Of a DNA stretch of 64,000 bases, positions 15,933-23,406 are shown piece after piece. The position numbers and the translations under genes were made by a program. The stretch is taken from NCBI GenBank assembly GCA_902794155.1, contig CADBGN010000007.1:19182-83181 (forward strand), in the 5' to 3' direction. The DNA is from an uncultured Bacteroidia bacterium (lineage in GTDB: Bacteria > Bacteroidota > Bacteroidia > Bacteroidales > F082). A model generated the notes under the pieces. It was not told where the DNA came from, made no database searches, and was given only the letters and a program-made list of their open reading frames with translations. Numbering within the stretch: position 1 is the first letter of the stretch; each line of letters opens with the position of its first letter.

Positions 15933-17519
15933 ATGAGATCAAGTATAATCGACATCCCTCGCCGACACGACCAGGCAGACCTTTTTGGCATCAAAGTCTA
16001 TCAAGAGGCTTTGATAGAGTATATTAAGTTAACGGATACTCCTATCACTATAGCTTTGCAGGGCGAATGGGGTAGTGGCAAGACTTCGTTGATGAACCAA
16101 CTGAAGTATAAGTTGTGCGATGAAGACGGTGCTCCCTATTTTTCTGTGTGGATAAACACCTGGCAGCATTCGCTGATGAAGAATCCGAATCAGGCTATTA
16201 TGAGCATCTTGGAAGGATGCATAAGTCAGATAGGTTCATTGAATCCAGACAAACAGAAGTGGGAGGAAAGCAAAAAGGTGATAGGTGGCGTGTTCAAAAG
16301 CATTGCTAAAGTGGGAGCTAAAGTTGCCGTAAGCACTCTGGGTGCAGATAGCGAGAGCGTCGACGATTTGTTTGGTGGTGGAGGCGAAACTTCAGATATA
16401 TCGAAGTTGAAGGATGAGATAGGCAAGATGATAGAGGCGGCACTAAATGTGAATCCGAACAAGATCGGATTCACATTCTATATTGATGACCTTGACCGAA
16501 TCGACCCGCCGGTGGCTGTCGAGATACTTGAACTATTGAAGAATATCTTCGACTTGGAGAAGTGCGTTTTCATATTGGCTATAGACTACGATGTAGTCAT
16601 CAAGGGTTTACGTTCCAAATTTGGTGAACTGACAGATAAGAATGAGCGTGAGTTCCGTGCTTTCTTCGACAAAATCATACAACTTCCATTCTCGATGCCG
16701 GTGGCTTCCTACAATGTTGACACATTCTTGGTGGATGCATTGAAGCGAATAGGAGTTTTCACGGATGAGGAACTGGCGAAGGAAGGCACAGCGGAATTAC
16801 TTTCAGAAATCGCCCAACTGTCGGTAGGTTGCAATCCAAGATCGTTGAAGCGACTGATGAATACCTTGTCGCTGATTTCCATAATCAATAACAAACTGAA
16901 AAACGAAGAGGAAACCTTGAAGCAGAACAAGGTGCTGAACTTTGCTTTGGTTTGTATGCAGATTGCTTACCCGTTCATTTACAATCAGCTTACAGAGGCA
17001 CCAGACTTCAAACAGTGGAATGATAGTATTGCGGCGAAGTTGAAACTCAAGCCGCTGACTGAGGGCGAAAAGCAGAGTCTTGATGCCGCAGAAGAATTTG
17101 ACGAAGATTGGGAGAAAGTGCTATTCCGCATGTGCCAGAAAGAGATATACTTAAGTAACAGGGCTTTTCAAGTATCGCTGCTGATGAACAAAATAGCAGA
17201 AATAGTGAATGATGATGCAAATCTTGGCGGCATTGTTGAATCAACCCTTGAACTCTCTGCCGTAACCAATCTGAAAGCCTTTGACACACCCAAGAAGTTA
17301 CAAGGCAAAAAATCGGCCATTGTCGGGGACTTCTTTGTTGAGATCATGACCGACAATAAGGTTGTTGTCAAGAAAGGTGGTGCTGCATGTGACAACACCA
17401 AAGGTGCTTTGCGCGAGATTGCCGAGAAGGTGGGGTTTATTGTCGATCCCAAATGGAATACCCAACAACTTGGCAATAAATTGGTAAACTATATCAATCA
17501 GAAAACCGTAAACGTATAA
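15933..17519 (+). CDS. KAP-family P-loop NTPase 1 (no TM insert) with a C-terminal HTH-like module
   Basis: Walker A GEWGSGKTS and Walker B FYIDDLDR, with the overall KAP layout. C-terminal module DNTKGALREIAEKVGFIVDPKWNTQQLGNKL. Confidence 0.85.
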   Translation: MRSSIIDIPRRHDQADLFGIKVYQEALIEYIKLTDTPITIALQGEWGSGKTSLMNQLKYKLCDEDGAPYFSVWINTWQHSLMKNPNQAIMSILEGCISQIGSLNPDKQKWEESKKVIGGVFKSIAKVGAKVAVSTLGADSESVDDLFGGGGETSDISKLKDEIGKMIEAALNVNPNKIGFTFYIDDLDRIDPPVAVEILELLKNIFDLEKCVFILAIDYDVVIKGLRSKFGELTDKNEREFRAFFDKIIQLPFSMPVASYNVDTFLVDALKRIGVFTDEELAKEGTAELLSEIAQLSVGCNPRSLKRLMNTLSLISIINNKLKNEEETLKQNKVLNFALVCMQIAYPFIYNQLTEAPDFKQWNDSIAAKLKLKPLTEGEKQSLDAAEEFDEDWEKVLFRMCQKEIYLSNRAFQVSLLMNKIAEIVNDDANLGGIVESTLELSAVTNLKAFDTPKKLQGKKSAIVGDFFVEIMTDNKVVVKKGGAACDNTKGALREIAEKVGFIVDPKWNTQQLGNKLVNYINQKTVNV

Positions 17520-17532
17520 AACCACTTTTTTT

Positions 17533-17826
17533 ATGGCAATCTTTCTTTGGCTTTTCCAGTTTATCAGTCCGATTACTTTCATTCTCGGAGGACTGTATCT
17601 TTTGGAAGCCCCGTCGCCGTTGGCACTTGTATTGGGTGGTGTGGCGGCAGTCCTCGGCCTCGTTACAGGTATTGTCGGATGGGGCGACACTGTGCCACCC
17701 CGTTGGTTTTGGATAAAGAGCAGTATGGAGTTGGCCGACAGTCGGTTTATGACAGCCCTCGGATATGCCATCCAGTTCTTTTTCATTCCTCCCTGCGTGA
17801 TAGGATTGATTGAATACTTCGGTTAA
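17533..17826 (+). CDS. small membrane protein (97 aa)
   Basis: Hydrophobic helices. GGVAAVLGLVTGIVGWG resembles VGAILAVLGFIVGWSAW in 20976..21170. Confidence 0.55.
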   Translation: MAIFLWLFQFISPITFILGGLYLLEAPSPLALVLGGVAAVLGLVTGIVGWGDTVPPRWFWIKSSMELADSRFMTALGYAIQFFFIPPCVIGLIEYFG

Positions 17827-17834
17827 AATCGATT

Positions 17835-17886
17835 ATGGGCGTAGAATACTACAGAAATTGGGCAAGCCGCAAGAGGCGAGTATGAA
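17835..17886 (+). other. deletion scar fusing the start of a 13270-like ORF to the end of a 13561-like ORF
   Basis: 17835-17861 matches 13270-13300 and 17857-17886 matches 13894-13923. The junction lies at a shared attgg. Confidence 0.7.
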
Positions 17887-17888
17887 AA

Positions 17889-18812
17889 ATGACAGGAAAA
17901 GAGTTAAATACAACATCTTTGATAGAGTTGCTCAGTGGCAAAGACAACGGTTTCGACCAAGCCATGGTTGCTGGCAAGGTGCAACTGATGCGCCTGAAAA
18001 ACATGGCCATCACCATCGAAGGAAAGATGCACAGGGACAAGAACCTGTTCGACCTATTCCTCGATCATCAGGATGATGGCTTGTTTGAGGATTACGTCAG
18101 GGAGCACACGCCTGAAAATGCAAAACTGCTGATGCAAGCGGCATACGTTGTTGTCTTTGTCGTCGACGGAAAGTATTCCCGTTTCGTTGGTGTATACAGG
18201 ATTCTCGGCCTGGACAAGAAGATCACCGTTCCGACCGATGACAAAAAGTCGTTCAGGAATAGAGTCTTTGTGAAAGTGGCTGAGCTAAAAGTTTTCAAGG
18301 AATATAGTGGTCGTGTGCTCGTCGATTGGGGTGGCGTGGCGGCCCTTCGTTGGATGCAATGGTTTAGAGGCGACAAGAAAGTGCTTCGCATTGACGAAGG
18401 CATCATTCGCATGATGATTCCTTTCACCTCCTATAATGACGTACTGCTTTCTTTCAAGGAGTTGAAGAACCTCATCGAGACCGACAATGTGGAGTGGCGC
18501 GACAAACTGAAGGCGGTGAATGGCATCTATGGCATAGCCGACCAAAGCAACGGCAAGCTCTATGTTGGATCAGCCTACGGCGACGAAGGCATTTGGGGCC
18601 GATGGAAAGTGTATGTCGAAACCAACGGACATGGCAACAACGACTTGCTGGTTGAACTGCTAAGCAAGAATAAAGACTACGCTTGGGACCATTTCCAATG
18701 GTTCATCCTCGAAACCTTCCCTTTGGACGTGACTGATGATTACGCTGTCCATAGGGAGAGCCTGTATAAAGAAAAACTTTGTACACGAGTGTTTGGGTAC
18801 AATAAGAATTAG
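17889..18812 (+). CDS. GIY-YIG nuclease-domain protein, paralog of 6519..7451
   Basis: NGIYGIADQSNGKLYVGSAYG... at the C-terminus. Full-length alignment to copy 1. Confidence 0.8.
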   Translation: MTGKELNTTSLIELLSGKDNGFDQAMVAGKVQLMRLKNMAITIEGKMHRDKNLFDLFLDHQDDGLFEDYVREHTPENAKLLMQAAYVVVFVVDGKYSRFVGVYRILGLDKKITVPTDDKKSFRNRVFVKVAELKVFKEYSGRVLVDWGGVAALRWMQWFRGDKKVLRIDEGIIRMMIPFTSYNDVLLSFKELKNLIETDNVEWRDKLKAVNGIYGIADQSNGKLYVGSAYGDEGIWGRWKVYVETNGHGNNDLLVELLSKNKDYAWDHFQWFILETFPLDVTDDYAVHRESLYKEKLCTRVFGYNKN

Positions 18813-18872
18813 ATAAGGAGCATCGCCGAAAATCCTATAAAGAGTAGGCAAACATTAAACAATTTATTTATT

Positions 18873-19175
18873 ATGGCAGATTTCAATATTGACGGCCGCA
18901 TGAAGGTCAAGACTTTGAAAGCCCAGTTTAAGGAGGCTTTCGGTGCAACATTGAGAGTTTACAAAGGTCCCGGCTTCGCTGACGACAACGCTACTTTGGC
19001 ATCCATCCGTGCCGAAGGCGCCAAAGGCGGCGAGGTGAAAGTGGTCGGCAACATGAAGGTCGGCAACTTCGAGGACAAGATCAAGGAAGTGTTCGGCATT
19101 AAGGTGCAGGTCGCCACAAAGGACGACTCAGCCCTTGCCGACAACGGTCTCACCTTGAGCGCTGCGGGAAAATAA
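18873..19175 (+). CDS. two-module small protein (100 aa), paralog of 15569..15883
   Basis: GRMKVKTLKAQFKEAFGATLRVY and GNMKVGNFEDKIKEVFGIKVQV. Confidence 0.65.
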   Translation: MADFNIDGRMKVKTLKAQFKEAFGATLRVYKGPGFADDNATLASIRAEGAKGGEVKVVGNMKVGNFEDKIKEVFGIKVQVATKDDSALADNGLTLSAAGK

Positions 19176-19235
19176 CCCATTTTTTCTATGAGGAGGGCGG
19201 GCGTAGTGTCAGCCCTCCCAATTTATGTTAAGCCT

Positions 19236-20949
19236 ATGAAATCCAGTATCATCGATGTGCCTCGCAGACACGACCAAGAAGACCTTTTCGGCATCAAAGT
19301 GTATCAGGATGCTCTCATCAAATACATCAAACTAACCGATACGCCCATCACTATCGCATTGCAGGGCGAGTGGGGCAGCGGCAAGACCTCGTTGATGAAC
19401 CTGCTTCGCTGGAACCTCTGCGAGGTGGACGACGCACCCTATTTTCCCGTGTGGATCAACACTTGGCAGTATTCATTGATGAAAACACCGCAACAGGCTA
19501 TCATCAGCATCTTGGAGGGCATCGTCAACCAAATTGGAGCGCTCAATCCCAACGCCCAAAGGAATGAGAGCATGAAGAAGATAGGCGGACTATTCAAGAA
19601 AATGGCCACGGTGGGTGCTAAGGTGGCAGCTGGCGTGGCTGGCATTGATGGTGGTGTGGTTGACGACCTTGTCGGTAGTGAGGAGGCACAATCCGACATC
19701 AACCAACTTAAGGAAGAAATCGGCAAACTCATTAATGAGGCTTTGGCCAATGACCCCTCAAAAATCGGCTTCACTTTTTATATTGATGACCTCGATCGTA
19801 TCGACCCACCTGTGGCGGTGGAAATTCTCGAACTTTTGAAGAATATCTTTGACTTGGAGAAGTGTGTTTTCATTCTTGCCATCGACTATGACGTGGTCAT
19901 CAAAGGCTTGAAGCCAAAATTCGGCGAACTGACTGAAAAAGAACGAGCGCGAATTCCGCTCTTTCTTCGACAAAATCATCCAACTGCCGTTCTCCATGCC
20001 CGTGGCTTCCTATAACGTGGACACGTTTTTAGTCGATGCCTTGAGCAAAATCGAATTCTTCTCCAAGAATGAGTTGACTGATGCGCAGTTGGCTGAAACT
20101 TTGTCGGAAGTGGCGCGACTCTCGGTGGGCAGCAATCCCCGCTCACTGAAACGCCTGACCAATACGCTTTCGCTCATTTCCATTATCAACGCGGAGAAGA
20201 GTGCCGAAGCGGAAAACAATACCCTGAACAAGACCTTGAATTTCTCGTTGGTCTGTATGCAGATTGCCTATCCCTACATTTACAACCAACTGACTGAGGA
20301 ACCCGATTTCAAGCAATGGAACGAGCGCATTGCCTCGAAACTGAAGCTGCGCCACTTGACCCCAGAAGAAAAGGAGAGTTTAGATGCCACTGAGGAGTTT
20401 GACGAGGATTGGGAGAAAGTGGTTTTCCGCATGTGCCAAAAAGAGACTTACCTGAGTAACAGGGCTTTTCAGGTTTCATTATTGTTGTCGAAAATCGCCG
20501 AAATCGTGAATGATGACAATCATTTGGGTGAAATCGTCGAAGCGACCATTGCCCTTTCCGCTGTTACCAATTTGAAGGCTTTTGATGGGCCTTTGCTGGT
20601 GAAGAAATCAAGAGCGTTGGAAGTGAACACTTTCAACGGTATGGAAATCAAGGGTAAAGGCCGTCTGTGCCATGCTATTGTTAAAGACTATGTGGAAAAG
20701 CATCCTGAGGTGACTTTGTCAGAACTGAAATCCGTTTTCAATGTACCCAAGTGCGAGGTCGTCGAGTCGCTTGAAGTGGCTATGACCATTAAAGATAGTG
20801 CTGGCAAGATTGGGGGAGACTATTATATCAAGGAAAACGACCAAATCAAGACCAAAGAAGGAAAGGTTGTAGTTTGGAGTTACTGGCCGGAACGCTTTTA
20901 TGCGCCGTTTATAGAGAAGGTTCAGAAATTAGGAATCAGAATTGGTTAA
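19236..20949 (+). pseudogene. KAP-family P-loop NTPase 2, reading frame broken once (frameshift or homopolymer sequencing error)
   Basis: ORFs 19188..20015 and 19996..20949 both align to KAP 1. Removing one A from the A5 run at 19936-19940 restores ...TEKNEREFRSFFDKIIQLPFSMPVASYNV.... Confidence 0.75.
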
Positions 20950-20975
20950 AGCAAAATGTTTGTAACAGCCTTATT

Positions 20976-21170
20976 ATGGCTTTTTCAGAAGATTTCGCCG
21001 ATACTTACCGTCCTTGGGCACTAGTGCTTTTCAGTGGTTGCTTTGAAGGATATGAATTCATTGTCGGAGCGATTTTGGCGGTGCTTGGCTTCATTGTCGG
21101 TTGGTCAGCATGGGAATCAGGAAGTGCCGCCACGCTGGTTTTGGGTGAAGTCGAAACTCGCATTGTTTGA
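20976..21170 (+). CDS. small membrane protein (64 aa)
   Basis: ATG at 20976 within track ORF 20874..21170. Hydrophobic core similar to 17533..17826. Confidence 0.5.
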   Translation: MAFSEDFADTYRPWALVLFSGCFEGYEFIVGAILAVLGFIVGWSAWESGSAATLVLGEVETRIV

Positions 21171-21264
21171 TAATCGAGTCTGGAATGCATTCAGTTACGC
21201 TATTTAGTTTTCTTGATACCGTTTGCCATCACGGGAATCATTACAATTGTTGATATGTTGTGAT

Positions 21265-21319
21265 GAACAAGGACTCCATCCGCGATTATCATGAGATGGT
21301 TTTGGGGGATTTGGAGTGA
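21265..21319 (+). pseudogene. 3'-terminal fragment of a coiled-coil gene copy
   Basis: Near-identical to 12321-12375 (NKDSIRDYHEMVLGDLE*). Confidence 0.6.
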
Positions 21320-21329
21320 AAAGCCGAAA

Positions 21330-21395
21330 TTTTGAGAATTTTGTGTTTTTGTGCGGAAAAAATTTTGAGGATTTTGTATTCTTCCTACAAGACGC
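21330..21395. repeat. 2 x 33-bp units related to the ATPase-upstream array (ttttgagaattttgtg / ttttgaggattttgta)
   Basis: ttttgag occurs at 21330 and 21363, exactly 33 bp apart. Confidence 0.6.
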
Positions 21396-21400
21396 ATGCA

Positions 21401-21529
21401 TCATTATACGCCTTTTGCAAGAAGTTCTCGTCGCGCATCACCAACGAACGTTACCTCATCTTTGCGAAAGACTATGCCCATGAGGAATCGGTGAAATATC
21501 TGCCCGCTTATTTGGCGTGTTTTCTATAG
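21401..21529 (+). pseudogene. possible C-terminal remnant of a DUF4143-type ATPase, in inverted orientation
   Basis: Ends ...VKYLPAYLACFL*, resembling the C-terminal ends ...VTYLPIYMTPLL* (copy 1) and ...LPIYMAFLL (remnant). The similarity is short. Confidence 0.3.
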
Positions 21530-21542
21530 TCAGAATCTCTTT

Positions 21543-21617
21543 ACCGATGCCGAAGAACTGAAAGCCATCAACAAGCAAATCAACGCCTTGAGGGAAGAAA
21601 TAGGGAAACTGAAAGAC
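21543..21617 (+). pseudogene. internal fragment of a coiled-coil gene copy
   Basis: Matches 10578-10652 (DAxxLKAxNKQINALxxEIGKLK). No start or stop of its own. Confidence 0.55.
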
Positions 21618-21737
21618 GTCAGCAAGCGGCGCTATGGTTTCTTGATCACTTTCAGTAATTCTTTGACACTTTTCTTAAGTTTTTCTTTACAAACGAAAAA
21701 AAATCTTATTTTTGTGCTTAATTCAAACGATCATTCT

Positions 21738-22523
21738 ATGAAGAAAGTTCTACTATTCACAATTCTGGTCGCCCTGTCCGTATTGTGTTTCGGGCAGGAT
21801 GTCGAGACGGTGTCGGAACGCTTCCATTACCGATACCTGAAAAAGGAACAGACCAAGGAGCAAATCCAAAAGGATAACGAGGAACGCCAGCGCAACTGGC
21901 AGGAGGAACTGGCAGCGATGAAAGCCAACCTTGCTGAAGGACAAAAGGTTTCCGACAATGTGAAGATCGAGGTCCAGACGGATGTCCAAGACAACAATCT
22001 CATCATTTCAGTAGCATACGAGACCTTGGTGGTTGCCGATGCTGCTGACGACTACGCCCTTGGCAAATACACTATTGAGAATTCCAATGCCTGTATGTTG
22101 ATGTGCAATTTTTTGAAAGACAAGCTGGAGAACGATCTTGCCGAGTACTTGAAAGAAGGTGCGAAAGTTGATGTGAAGATTACAGGCGCTACTGATGGCA
22201 CGCCTATCCGTTCAAAGATTATATATAAAGGCGAATATGGCGACTTCATCGACAAGCCGATCACTTTGAACAGTTTGCCCTACAACATGACTGTGACGCA
22301 AAAGACAGGTGTCACCACTAATGGACAGTTGGCATTTCTTCGTACGCAAGGTGTTGAGGATTTCCTAAAAAACCAAGTGGAGACATTGAAACATACGGAA
22401 AACGCATTCCAGGAATTTGCCGTTGAGAACAAAGAAAAAGGCGGAGGCTACCGTCGGGTCTCGGTGGAGATGACTATTCGCGGAGCCTTTGCCGTTGAAA
22501 CAGAAAAAACCGAGAAGCCATGA
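21738..22523 (+). CDS. secreted protein with an OmpA-like C-terminal domain (motif-level call)
   Basis: Signal peptide MKKVLLFTILVALSVLCFG. ITGATDGTPI, LAFLRTQGVEDFL and GGYRRVSVEMTI resemble the OmpA-family motifs GHTDxxG, LSxxRA and NRRVEI. Confidence 0.6.
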   Translation: MKKVLLFTILVALSVLCFGQDVETVSERFHYRYLKKEQTKEQIQKDNEERQRNWQEELAAMKANLAEGQKVSDNVKIEVQTDVQDNNLIISVAYETLVVADAADDYALGKYTIENSNACMLMCNFLKDKLENDLAEYLKEGAKVDVKITGATDGTPIRSKIIYKGEYGDFIDKPITLNSLPYNMTVTQKTGVTTNGQLAFLRTQGVEDFLKNQVETLKHTENAFQEFAVENKEKGGGYRRVSVEMTIRGAFAVETEKTEKP

Positions 22524-23371
22524 AGAAGTTTACCTTATTATTGTTGGCCAGCCTTCTCATAGGCTTGCAAATGGCTGTTGCACAGCAAGACAATGTAACC
22601 AACATTCGCGCCGTGCAGAATGACAAGATGGTGACCGTCACCTACGACCTAAAGACCCGCTCCGATGTGCGCTTGCTCATTTCCATCGATGATGGAGAGC
22701 ACTATACTGATACAATGAAAGTTACTGGTTTTGTCAACCGCGTGATTCCTCCTGGAAAGAATCGTACTATCCGTTGGAAAGCTTTTCAGGATTTGGGCTA
22801 TGGCGACTATCCATTGATTCGTTTCAAGTTCATTACCCAGGATCCTAAGCCTACCCAACCTGCTCCGGCTGTGACTCGCAAAAGTGGCATGAAAACCTTT
22901 GCTACACTCAATGGCTCGTATGGCAGTTCGGGCATTCCGATGGTAGGCTTTACAGTTGGGCAATATGATAAGTTTGGATGGTTTGTTACCCTGATGACAG
23001 CGTTGGACTTTGACTATATGGGCTATCAAGTGGTTGACCATTGTAAAAAAGACGGCTACATCGGTGAGATTCTGCCTTTCTACAACCCGGAAAGCAAAAT
23101 CAGCGCTGTTTCGGGTATGGTGGGAGGCATCATGCGACTGAATGAAATAATTTATGCCAAAGCAGGTGTGGGCTACGGTATGCGTTCCGTTGCCTGGCAG
23201 CTTTGGGAAGGCGAATATGTGACCAATGACGGCTTCTCCGCCCATGGTGTGGATGTCAGTGCAGGCCTCCTTCTCGACCTGAACCGATTTGTTCTCACCT
23301 TGGACGGTGTGACCACCAATTTCCATGTTTTCGAAGGCCGTTTGGGCCTTGGTTTTAGATTTACAAAATAA
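22520..23371 (+). CDS. secreted protein, probable outer-membrane beta-barrel with an N-terminal Ig-like part
   Basis: ATGA overlap with the upstream ORF. Signal peptide present. Alternating beta pattern ending ...GRLGLGFRFTK. Confidence 0.6.
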   Translation: MKKFTLLLLASLLIGLQMAVAQQDNVTNIRAVQNDKMVTVTYDLKTRSDVRLLISIDDGEHYTDTMKVTGFVNRVIPPGKNRTIRWKAFQDLGYGDYPLIRFKFITQDPKPTQPAPAVTRKSGMKTFATLNGSYGSSGIPMVGFTVGQYDKFGWFVTLMTALDFDYMGYQVVDHCKKDGYIGEILPFYNPESKISAVSGMVGGIMRLNEIIYAKAGVGYGMRSVAWQLWEGEYVTNDGFSAHGVDVSAGLLLDLNRFVLTLDGVTTNFHVFEGRLGLGFRFTK

Positions 23372-23406
23372 TTAAACACTTGAATAACAAATAAATAATA
23401 ATCAAT

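Noticed and set aside
19188-19235. N-terminal extension of KAP NTPase 2 (MRRAGVVSALPIYVKP)
   Set aside because: KAP NTPase 1 starts at the homologous MRSSIID. The extension has no counterpart, so the ATG at 19236 is preferred.
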